A DNA stretch of 64,000 nt from Macrostomum lignano (Eukaryota), in NCBI GenBank assembly GCA_002269645.1, contig NIVC01000396.1, positions 372,001-436,000 of the forward strand. The letters are read 5' to 3'. Positions 47,110-58,431 of this stretch are shown one piece after another; within the stretch, counting starts at the first letter, position 1; the number at the start of each line of letters is the position of its first letter. A program made the translations under genes and the position numbers. The notes under the pieces are model-generated. The model worked only from the letters and a program-made list of their open reading frames with translations. It was not told where the DNA came from and did not search any database.

Positions 47110-48365
47110 TCCAAATCCCGAATTCCGAGTCCCGAATTCCGAGTCCCGAATTCCGAGTTGCGAATTCCGAGTCCCGATTCCGAATCCCCATTCCGAGTCC
47201 CGAATTCCGAGTCCCGAATTCCGAGTCCTGATTCCGAGTCCCGAATTCCGAGTCCCGAATTCCGAGTCCCCAATTCCGAGTCCCGAATTCCGAGTCCCCA
47301 ATTCCGATTCCCGAATTCCGAGTCCCCAATTCCGATTCCCGAATTCCGAGTTACAAATTCCGTGTTCCGAATTCCGAGTCCCCAATTCCGAGTCCCCAAT
47401 TCCGAGTCCCGATTCCGAATCCCGATTCCGAGTCCCGAATTCCGAGTCCCGAATTCCGAGTTGCGAATTCCGAGTCCTGATTCCGAATCCCGATTCCGAG
47501 TCCCGAATTCCGAGTCCCGATTCCGAATCCCGATTCCGAGTCCCGAATTCCGAGTCCCGAATTCCGAGTTGCGAATTCCGAGTCCTGATTCCGAATCCCG
47601 ATTCCGAGTCCCGAATTCCGAGTCCCGATTCCGAGTCTCGAATTCCGAGTTGCGAATTCCGAGTCCCGATTCCGAATCCCGATTCTGAGTCCCGAATTCC
47701 GAGTCCCGAATTCCGAGTCCCGAATTCCGAGTCCCGAATTCCGAGTCCCGAATTCCGAGTCCCGAATTCCGAGTCCCGAATTCCGAGTCCCGAATTCCGA
47801 GTCCCGAATTCCGAGTCCCGAATTCCGAGTCCCGAATTCCGAGTCCCGAATTCCGAGTCCCGAATTCCGAGTTGCGAATTCCGAGTCCCGAATTCCGTGT
47901 TCCAAATTCCGAGTCCCGAATTCCGAGTCCCGATTCCGAATCTTTATTCCGAGTCCCGGTTCCGAATCCCGATTCCGAATCCCGATTCCGAGTCCCGAAT
48001 TCCGAGTCCCGAATTCCGAGTCCCGAATTCCGTGTTCCGAATTCCGAGTCCCGAATTTCGAGTCCTGATTCCGAATCTTGATTCCGAGTCCCGATTCCGA
48101 ATCCCGATTCCGAATCCCGATTCCGAGTCCCGAATTCCGAGTCCCGAATTCCGTGTTCCGAATTCCGAGTCCCGAATTCCGAGTCCCGAATTTCGAGTCC
48201 CGAATTCCGAATTCCGTCCCGTCCCGAATTCCGAGTCCCGAATTCCGAATTCCGAGTCCCGAATTCCGAGTCCCGAATTTCGAGTCCCGAATTCCGAGTC
48301 CCGAATTCCGAGTCCCGAATTCCGAGTCCCGAATTCCGAGTCCCAGAATTCCAAGTCCCGAATAT
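47110..48365. repeat. 14-bp minisatellite (ccgagtcccgaatt) between the ROR and LLTP genes
   Basis: About 90 units with variants; source of ORFs 46952-48526. Confidence 0.95.
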
Positions 48366-48960
48366 TCCAGTCTGGACTTTCCACTTCGATCTCGGAATGA
48401 TCTCAAGACTAAATAAAAGCGAGTCAAAATTTCGTATGTACAGAATGAAATTTCACATATTTGTGTGCCAAAAGCATTGACCAGATAAACACAAAAGTAA
48501 TCGTTTATTAGGTATAACAAATTCAAAATTTAGTCAACTTCCTAAGTAGACTGATTTGTGCCAACCGCATCTGTGACGAGAGAATCGAATTATTGTAATC
48601 AAGGTGCAAATATGTTTAAAAAATTGTAATCACAATTTGCTAGAAAACTGTTGTACACGTGTGGAGGGGGCTGTGACTGACGATTCGGGAGAATAACCGA
48701 TTCGGAAAATGAAAATTTTCAATTTCGATTGCTGCTTCTGAGATTGGAGGCTAACCGGAAAAAAAGAAACTAAAAGAAGATTCAATGGATTTCTGCGCCT
48801 CTTCCGGTCCTTTGAAATTGCCCCGGCCTCTGTGCGCCGCCTCTCTGCCGCCTCGGTGCAAGCAGACTTTAAAAATGTTCAGCGTTTAAAGTTCGAAGTT
48901 CACAACTCGATAATGAAGACGGTTTTATCTCTCTCTCTCTCTCGCTAGGTCAGTAGAAGG

Positions 48961-49259
48961 TCACACAGCCTGAGGCGCCTCCACTGGCGGCCTGTAGAGA
49001 GCGGCGCCGCCAATTACGTCGGCGCGGCCGCTGAACGACGACGGAGAATAAGTGGCTGATGATGATGAAGACGAAGTTGATGACGACATCGCGGAGGCTG
49101 CGGACCCGACGGAGCCCGTGGGCGAACGACGCCGCCTCTGCCTCCGCTGCTGCCGGTGCTGCCGCCTCGACTGCGGCTGCGGCGGCTGCTGCTGCTGCTG
49201 ATGGTGGAAGCCGGGCACCGGCACCGGAATGACTCGCTGCGACGGCGGCCGGGTGTCCA

Positions 49260-49292
<33 letters not shown>

Positions 49293-50218
49293 AGCTGAAT
49301 CCGGTGCTGCTGGTCTGTCCAGAGCCCTGCTGCGATGCCGGAGTGGCCGCCAGCTCGGCCAGCAGTTCCGAGTGCCGCTGCCGCAGCCGCTCGTGCAGGC
49401 CGGACGGGCTCGGCCGCAGCCCGGGCGCCTCCGCCCAGCAGTCGAGCAGCACTCCGGCCAGAGCTGGCGGACAGCCGGGCGGACACGGCAGCAGCTGGCG
49501 CTGCCTGACCAGCTCGATGACCTCGCTGTTGGAGTAGCCATAGTAGGGCTGCAGCCCGTGTGACCACATCTCCCAGAGCAGCACGCCGAAGCTGTACACG
49601 TCGGTCTGGGCTGAGAACTGGCCGTACAGGATGGCCTCAGGCGGCAGCCAGCGGATGGGCAGCAGGCAGCGGCCCTGGAGCCGGTAGTAGTCGCAGCTGT
49701 ACAGATCCCTGGCCGCTCCCAGGTCGCCGAGTTTGCACTGCAGCCCGTCGCCAAGCAGCACGTTTCTAGCGGCGACGTCCTTGTGAACTACGCCGCGCGA
49801 GGCCAGGTATTCGAGGCCGGCGGCGACCTGGGAGGCGAGGTGCAGCAGCTGGACGGAGCTCAAACCGGGCTCTGAGTAGTCCTGCTGCTGCTGCTGCTGC
49901 TGCGGCTGCTGTAGGCGGTCGCAGGCGGCCGGGCTGTGGTAGATGAGAAATTCGTGCAGATCCCCGTGCGGCAGAGTCTCCTGCAGCTGCGCTAGCGGCG
50001 TCTGGCGAAGAGACGCGCCCAGCAGGCAGACCAAGTTGGGGTGGCGCAGCTCCCAGCGGGCCTGAGTGTCCCGGCCGAACTCCGCCTGGGTGCGGGCGTC
50101 GGCCGCGGCGCTGAGGCACTTGATGGCCACTGGCGTCAGCGAGGTGTCCGAGTACAGCCCGATGAGCTCGCCTTTGTACACCTTGCCGAATGCGGACTCG
50201 CCGATCTCCTCTCCGAAG
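48961..50218 (-). CDS. ROR: ROR terminal exon: tyrosine-kinase domain and C-terminal tail
   Basis: CGCAG acceptor, phase 2 (SQIR|FGEEIGE); [18 protein letters not shown]; TGA at 48961-48963. Confidence 0.95.
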
Positions 50219-53200
50219 CTGCGGGATTGAGTTGCGATAGTCTAAGTAATCATAATCATAATCATAATCATAATCGTAATAGTAATCATAATCATAATCG
50301 TAATCATAATCATAATCATAATCGTAATCGTAATCATAATCATAATCATAATCATAATCGTAATAGTAATCATAATCATAATCGTAATCATAATCATAAT
50401 CATAATCATAATCGTAATCATAATCATAATCATAATCACAATCATAATCATAATCATAATCATAATCACAATCATAATCATAATCATAATCATAATCATA
50501 ATCACAATCATAATCATAATCATAATCACAATCATAATCATAATCATATTCATAATCATAATCATAATCGTAATAGTAATCATAATCATAATCGTAATCA
50601 TAATCATAATCATAATCGTAATCGTAATCATAATCATAATCATAATCACAATCATAATCATAATCATAATCATAATCACAATCATAATCATAATCATAAT
50701 CATAATCATAATCACAATCATAATCATAATCGTAATCGTAATCATAATCATAATCATAATCACAATCATAATCATAATCATAATCATAATCATAATCATA
50801 ATCACAATCATAATCATAATCATAATCATAATCGTAATCACAATCATAATCATACTCATAATCATAATCACAATCATAATCATAATCATAATCATAATCA
50901 TAATCGTAATCATAATCACAATCATAATCATAATCATAATCATAATCATAATCGTAATCGTAATCATAATCATAATCACAATCACAATCATAATCATAAT
51001 CATAATCATAGACAATCAAAAATATTCCGTGACTGATGTTTTCAAAGGATTTTTTACAGTATAATCAATAACAGAACTGTTGAGCTTTTCTTTATTCTAT
51101 TTATCGACAATAAAAAAATTATTTTTGGCTTCAAATCCGCCAAATTCGGTGCCAGCAGCGGTAGCAGCTTTAGCTGGATAATCCCCAGACAATCCAAGGT
51201 GGCCGGTTAATCCGTCTGGAGATTCAGCTGGATTACAGCCTTGCACAGCCTCAGTAAAGCCTGACTTTCAGACCTGTCTCACTCACCGGATCTGGCTGAG
51301 GGAGAACTCCCTGACCTGAGCAGCAGGTGGCTGCAGGCTCTGCTGTTGCTGCTGCTGCAGCTGCCGGTTCCGCTTCATCTCGCCTGGCGTCGGCGGTGGC
51401 GCCGGCGGTGGCAGCGTGGTGACTGCCGGTGGGCCGCCGACAATCAGCTGCCGCTTCAACAGGCCCCGGTAGGCGCCGCCAATTTCGCCGCCGCCTCTCA
51501 AGCTGTTCGGCGACGAGCCCGAAGCTGCCGCGGCCGCGGCCGCCGCCCTCCGGCAGAAGCAGCAGACCAGCAGGGTGGCCGCGGCGAGGCAGGCGAGGGC
51601 GCCGAGCGACACGAACACCGGTAGCATCTCCCGCGCCGACATCGGCGGCGGCGGACCGGCGGCTTCTTTGCTGCCCTGCCTGCTTTCGTTGCTGCCGTCT
51701 GGCACAAAAAGTATCAAAAATATAATCGATTTAAAAAATATGCTTCATGCGCTTTGAAGCTACTGTGAGTAGAATGCGAAATAGTTTTTGTTATTTTCTT
51801 TCGATTAATTCCGAAACAAATGTGAAAAACGCTTGTATTTAAAAAAACTACACGTATTTAGGAAATTTGTTATTGTTGGTGTGGATGTCTTGGCTATAGG
51901 TCATTGGTCATGTGCCATTGGTCATGGGTCATTGGTCATGGGTTCATTGGTCATGGGTCATTGGTCATGAGTCATTGGTCATGGGTCATTGGTCATGAGT
52001 CATTGGTCATGGGTCATTGGTCATGAGTCATTGGTCATGGGTCATTGGTCATGAGTCATTGGTCTTGGGTCATTGTGTATGTGTCATTAGTCATGGGTCA
52101 TTGGTCATGGGTCATTGGACATGAGATGAAGATTTGGGACCATCGGTCGCCGTTTATGGTTTAGAGATAATTTCTCATAAGTCATATAATTCACAGATCC
52201 TTTGTCATAAATCATAGATCATAATTTACTCGTAGGACATGAACATCATAGGTAATAGGTCATGACTTATACTTGAATGCTATAGATTACAGGTCAATAG
52301 ATCCTAGGTCATTGTTTCCGCTCATTCATCGCTCACCTCCGCACTGCGGCACGTCGCAGTCCTCCTGTTCGCCCGTCTCCGTCACGAAGCACCAGGGCTT
52401 GGCAGGCGGGTCGCCGGCTGAGCCGCGGCACCAGTTGCTGTGGCCGGCCAGCTGGGCGTAGCCGGGAATTCCGGCCCAGGCCAGGCAGACCCGGCCTGAG
52501 CGGCTTGTGGCGGCCCGGCCTGAGTAGCTCCACGGCTGCGTGACGTTGTAGCAGTCGGCCGGGTCTGCCGACGTCGACAAAGGCGGCCGAACCGGCGGCG
52601 GCTGCGGCGGAGGGGGAGGCGGCGTCGGCGGCGGCGAGGCCTTCATGGAGACGCAGCGTTCAGTGGGCAGAGAGTCGCAGTCGGGCAGCAGCTGTACGAG
52701 ATCTGGGAGAAAGGGTAGGAAACGGTTGATAGATCCCCGATCCCAGATCCCCGATCCCAGATCCCCGATCCCAGATCCCCGATCCCAGATCCCCGATCCC
52801 AGATCCCCGATCCCAGATCCCCGATCCCAGATCCCCGATCCCAGATCCCCGATCCCAGATCCCCGATCCCAGATCCCCGATCCCAGATCCCCGATCCCAG
52901 ATCCCCGATCCCAGATCCCCGATCCCAGATCCCCGATCCCAGATCCCCGATCCCAGATCCCCGATCCCAGATCCCCGATCCCAGATCCCCGATCCCAGAT
53001 CCCCGATCCCAGATCCCCGATCCCAGATCCCCGATCCCAGATCCCCGATCCCAGATCCCCGATCCCAGATCCCCGATCCCAGATCCCCGATCCCAGATCC
53101 CCGATCCCAGATCCCCGATCCCAGATCCCCGATCCCAGATCCCCGATCCCAGATCCCCGATCCCAGATCCCCGATCCCAGATCCCCGATCCCAGATCCCC

Positions 53201-53617
53201 GATCCCAGATCCCCGATCCCAGATCCCCGATCCCAGATCCCCGATCCCAGATCCCCGATCCCAGATTCCAGTTCGCCTACCGACAACGCCGGAGCTCCGT
53301 CCCGCAAAGATATCGCGATCCCCGCTGCCGCCCCGCCTCAGGTAGTCCAGGCTAGTGCGCAGGATCTCAAAGTGTCGCTGGCAGCGGCCTCCCACAGCAG
53401 CTTGACAGTCGGCGATGCACAGTCGCTGAGGCGACGCTGACAACCCATCGGGGTTGAATGAGGCCGGATTCTCGGCGCAAAGGGGAAAGTTGAAGTGGCA
53501 AATGGCCTGCGTCAGCGGCTGCACACAGCTGGGGTCCACGGCGTCTGCCAGCTTAGCCAGGACTGCGGGGTGGGTGGAGCGTGTGTTGGCAGCTGACAGA
53601 CAGACAGACAGACAGTC

Positions 53618-53654
<37 letters not shown>

Positions 53655-53689
53655 GTCAGACAGACAGACAGTCAGACAGACAGACAGTC

Positions 53690-53730
<41 letters not shown>

Positions 53731-53733
53731 GGC

Positions 53734-53810
<77 letters not shown>

Positions 53811-53854
53811 CTCTGACAGACAGACAGACACTCTGACAGACAGACAGACACTCT

Positions 53855-53928
<74 letters not shown>

Positions 53929-53989
53929 AAGACAGACAGACAGACAGACAGAAAGACAGACAGACAGACAGACAGAAAGACAGACAGAC

Positions 53990-54046
<57 letters not shown>

Positions 54047-54086
54047 CTCTGACAGACAGACACTCTGACAGACAGACAGACACTCT

Positions 54087-54162
<76 letters not shown>

Positions 54163-54165
54163 GTC

Positions 54166-54216
<51 letters not shown>

Positions 54217-54246
54217 TCAGACAGACAGACAGTCAGACAGACAGAC

Positions 54247-54277
<31 letters not shown>

Positions 54278-54296
54278 GGCAGACAGACAGACAGTC

Positions 54297-54361
<65 letters not shown>

Positions 54362-54425
54362 CTCTGACAGACAGACAGACACTCTGACAGACAGACAGAC
54401 ACTCTGACAGACAGACAGACACTCT

Positions 54426-54477
<52 letters not shown>

Positions 54478-54822
54478 GGGTCACTTACGCTGCACCAGCA
54501 GCCGCTCCATGGTGTACTGGTAGGTGTTGTCGGTCACGAACACCCGGCTGCCGCCCAGGTAGTTGCGGCAGACGTTCGGCTTGAAAGCCTGACAAAATCC
54601 CGGCTCAGTTGGCGGTCGCTGCGGTCTGGGCTGCCGGTCCTCCAGCCACCCCCGCCGCTCCCGCCGCCACCTCTGCCGCCGCTGCCGCCACCACCGCCTC
54701 TGTCAGTTTGTCGAGCGGGCAGCACCTCCAACAAGCCGGTTGTGTTTTTAGTTCCGGCCGCATTGGTGCCCGAGCAGGTGTAAAATCCCGCGTCCGAGGG
54801 CTCCGTGCGGTCGATGGTCAGA
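48961..54822 (-). CDS. ROR: ROR-family receptor tyrosine kinase (Ig, Frizzled CRD, kringle, TM, kinase, Ser/Gln/Pro tail); 5' exon(s) not resolved
   Basis: Phase-consistent GT-AG exons 54489-54822, 53281-53562, 52337-52702, 51287-51698 and 48961-50218. Kinase carries ROR signatures [29 protein letters not shown] and [14 protein letters not shown]. Confidence 0.92.
50246..51012. repeat. (ATCATA)n hexanucleotide microsatellite in the last ROR intron
   Basis: About 125 units; source of the DYDY, NHNH and IMIM ORFs. Confidence 0.96.
51287..51698 (-). CDS. ROR: ROR transmembrane/juxtamembrane exon
   Basis: Hydrophobic [24 protein letters not shown] followed by RR; ends [10 protein letters not shown]; phase 1 to 2. 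Confidence 0.88.
51895..52105. repeat. 14-bp repeat (cattggtcatgRgt) in a ROR intron
   Basis: About 14 tandem units. Confidence 0.9.
52337..52702 (-). CDS. ROR: ROR exon: end of CRD plus kringle domain
   Basis: [42 protein letters not shown] kringle pattern; phase 1 to 1. Confidence 0.9.
52733..53266. repeat. Perfect 14-bp minisatellite (gatcccagatcccc) filling a ROR intron
   Basis: About 38 identical units occupying over 90% of intron 52703-53280. Confidence 0.96.
53281..53562 (-). CDS. ROR: ROR Frizzled-like CRD exon
   Basis: [26 protein letters not shown] pattern; CGCAG acceptor, GTAGGC donor. Confidence 0.88.
53594..54477. repeat. (CAGA)n microsatellite filling a ROR intron
   Basis: Occupies about 95% of intron 53563-54488. 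Confidence 0.96.
54489..54822 (-). CDS. ROR: ROR exon: end of Ig domain, Gly linker, start of CRD (apparent 1-bp deletion at 54649-54653)
   Basis: [23 protein letters not shown] (Ig D-x-G-x-Y-x-C) and [16 protein letters not shown] lie in different frames and are reconciled by one extra G in a G5 run. Donor GTAAGT. Confidence 0.8.
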
Positions 54823-54952
54823 CTGTGAGGTGAGCAGTGTGAGTCGGATTAGTTCTTTTAGGACTTTGAGATGAGCGAAAGTGCTTTAAGGTTAAAGAGA
54901 AGTGTTGGAGTATTGACAAAGATTTTTTTAAAGATATATCATAGAGCCATCG

Positions 54953-55382
54953 CAGAGATTTGACACAGATTTGACACAGATTTGACACAGATTTGACACA
55001 GATTTGACACAGATTTGACACAGATTTGACACCGATTTAACACAGATTTGACACAGATTTGACACAATTTTGACACAGATTTGACACAGATTTGATAGAG
55101 ATTTGACAGAGATTTGACACCGATTTGACAGAGATTTGACAGAGATTTGACAGAGATTTGACAGAGATTTGACAGAGATTTGACAGAGATTTGACACAGA
55201 TTTGACACAGATTTGATAGAGATTTGACAGAGATTTGACAGAGATTTGACAGAGATTTGACAGAGATTTGACACAGATTTGACACAGATTTGACGAGATT
55301 TGACAGAGATTTGACAGAGATTTGACACAGATTTGACACAGATTTGATAGAGATTTGACAGAGATTTGACAGAGATTTGACA
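54953..55382. repeat. 11-bp minisatellite (agatttgacaS)
   Basis: About 39 tandem units upstream of the ROR Ig exon. Confidence 0.94.
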
Positions 55383-56022
55383 AAGCTTTAAGATCAATTA
55401 AAGGAAGATCGGAGGAGAAGAGAGGTAGACTAGAGTATGAATAGATATAGACTGCAGAAGGACTCAAACTGATGAAGCTTAGTCTCCAGCTGCAGGTCGG
55501 AGGCTGCACTACCACAGGCTGATTAAAATGCCAGATTTACCTTCCACAGCTGAGCGCAGAGCTTCTGAGACAGCAACGGTTAATCTAAGAGTATTTGCTT
55601 TTTGTGGCAGAAAATAATGCTTTTCAGATCATTTCTGTCGATGATTGCTTTCGTAAATTTGCATTATTTTTCGTTCCCTTTTGAATTATTTCTGCTTCGC
55701 ACCGGCAAGCAGTTCAGTTCTCTATTTAACCGGTTTGAGATCCCAGCATTGATCTCCAAGTTTTTGTCTCGCGAGCTGGCAGCTCTCGGCCCTATCAAGA
55801 GTTCTCTGTGCTCACGGGCTGCATCTTAAAATATACAATTTTATTTGGGACTTTCGTCTTCAAGCTACTTGGGGCTCTTAATCTTATCAGGGAATCGTGC
55901 AGCCTCTTCTGTGCTGGGATTCTTTTTCGGATTCCCAAAAACTGCAATTGCGTTTGATCCAAATTTATGCTTAATTGGGTAAAATGCTTTATTGGATTTG
56001 CTATCTATTTTATTCATTATCT

Positions 56023-57935
56023 GCGAGCTAGATTAGCAATCCATGAGCTAGATTAGCAATCCATGAGCTAGATTAGCCATCCACGAGCTAGATAAGCAAT
56101 CCATGAGCTAGATTAGCAATCCATGAGCTAGATTAGCAATCCATGAGCTAGATTAGCAATCCATGAGCTAGATTAGCAATCCATGAGCTAGATTAGCAAT
56201 CCATGAGCTAGATTAGCAATCCATGAGCTAGATTAGCAATCCATGAGCTAGATTAGCAATCCATGAGCTAGATTAGCAATCCATGAGCTAGATTAGCAAT
56301 CCATGAGCTAGATTAGCAATCCATGAGCTAGATTAGCAATCCATGAGCTAGATTAGCAATCCATGAGCTAGATTAGCAATCCATGAGCTAGATTAGCAAT
56401 CACGAGCTAGATTAGCAATCCATGAGCTAGATTAGCAATCCATGAGCTAGATTAGCCATCCACGAGCTAGATAAGCAATCCATGAGCTAGATTAGCAATC
56501 CATGAGCTAGATTAGCAATCCATGAGCTAGATTAGCAATCCATGAGCTAGATTAGCAATCCATGAGCTAGATTAGCAATCCATGAGCTAGATTAGCAATC
56601 CATGAGCTAGATTAGCAATCCATGAGCTAGATTAGCAATCCATGAGCTAGATTAGCAATCCACGAGCTAGATTAGCAATCCACGAGCTAGATTAGCAATC
56701 CATGAGCTAGATTAGCAATCCATGAGCTAGATTAGCAATCCATGAGCTAGATTAGCAATCCATGAGCTAGATTAGCAATCCATGAGCTAGATTAGCAATC
56801 CATGAGCTAGATTAGCAATCCACGAGCTAGATTAGCAATCACGAGCTAGATTAGCAATCCATGAGCTAGATTAGCAATCCATGAGCTAGATTAGCAATCC
56901 ATGAGCTAGATTAGCAATCCATGAGCTAGATTAGCAATCCATGAGCTAGATTAGCAATCCATGAGCTAGATTAGCAATCCATGAGCTAGATTAGCAATCC
57001 ATGAGCTAGATTAGCAATCCATGAGCTAGATTAGCAATCCATGAGCTAGATTAGCAATCCACGAGCTAGATTAGCAATCCATGAGCTAGATTAGCAATCC
57101 ATGAGCTAGATTAGCAATCCATGAGCTAGATTAGCAATCCATGAGCTAGATTAGCAATCCATGAGCTAGATTAGCAATCCACGAGCTAGATTAGCAATCC
57201 ATGAGCTAGATTAGCAATCCATGAGCTAGATTAGCAATCCATGAGCTAGATTAGCAATCCATGAGCTAGATTAGCAATCCATGAGCTAGATTAGCAATCC
57301 ATGAGCTAGATTAGCAATCCATGAGCTAGATTAGCAATCCATGAGCTAGATTAGCAATCCATGAGCTAGATTAGCAATCCATGAGCTAGATTAGCAATCC
57401 ATGAGCTAGATTAGCAATCCATGAGCTAGATTAGAAATCCATGAGCTAGATTAGCAATCCATGAGCTAGATTAGCAATCCATGAGCTAGATTAGCAATCC
57501 ATGAGCTAGATTAGCAATCCATGAGCTAGATTAGCAATCCATGAGCTAGATTAGCAATCCATGAGCTAGATTAGCAATCCATGAGCTAGATTAGCAATCC
57601 ACAAGCTAGATTAGCAATCCTCAAACTAGATTAGAAATCCATGAGCTATATTAGAAATCCATGAGCTATATTAGAAATCCATGAGCTAGATTAGCAATCC
57701 ATGAGCTATATAAGAAATCCACAAGCTAGATTAGCAATCCACAAGCTAGATTAGCAATCCCCAAGCTAGATTAGCAATCTATGAGCTATATTAGAAATCC
57801 ATGAGCTATATTAGAAATCCATGAGCTAGATTAGCAATCCATGAGCTAGATTAGAAATCCATGAGCTATATTAGAAATCCATGAGCTAGATTAGAAATCC
57901 ATGAGCTAGATTAGAAATCCATGAGCTACATTAGA
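56023..57935. repeat. 20-bp satellite (gagctagattagcaatccat), about 95 copies
   Basis: Highly homogeneous core, degenerate right edge; scattered relics continue to about 58300. Confidence 0.96.
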
Positions 57936-58321
57936 ATCGTGGCCTCAGTCCTTAGTCAATCCATGAGCTTATCTTTGATCCAGGTGTACTCGGGCACTGA
58001 GCTGATGTTAGGAATATCCTTGAGCTGCAGATTAGCTCCAGTACTGATATCTTTGGCTTCCTGGCTGTTCTCTGATTCTTCCTGAGCTATATGAATCCAT
58101 GGAGCTATATAGAAATCCATGACTTATTGAAATCCATGACTAGATTAGCAATCCATGACTATATTAGAAATCCATGATAATTTGATAATCCATAGATGTA
58201 TCATTAGATGGGAATCCGTCATAGATGGGATCATCCGTCATAGATGGGAATCCATGACATCCGTATAGATGGGATATCCATGGCATAATCTGACAAATCC
58301 CTATGAGCGACTACACTTCGG

Positions 58322-58431
58322 GAATCACTCCATAGGTAGGCGGTCTGTTGTCCTGAGTTCGAGCCCAGCCGGACAATAGCAGCAGCTGCACCAGCAGGGG
58401 TAGAAGCTGGCTAGTCAGCATGAGGCCTGCG
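58322..58431 (-). CDS. Candidate ROR first coding exon (signal-peptide-like MLTSQLLPLLVQLLLLSGWART..)
   Basis: Leu-rich segment of ORF 58311-58526 followed by a possible GTGATT donor, upstream of and co-oriented with ROR. Not linked to the downstream exons. Confidence 0.3.

Noticed and set aside
46952-48526. Long SESRIP/GIRDSE ORFs on both strands
   Set aside because: 14-bp repeat translations.
49766-51036. DYDY and NHNH ORFs fused to ROR sequence
   Set aside because: Hexanucleotide microsatellite in an intron bounded by phase-compatible splice sites.
52645-55515. GSGIWD, TDRQ, SVCL and SNLCQI ORFs as repeat domains of the receptor
   Set aside because: All lie in GT-AG introns whose removal restores a canonical CRD.
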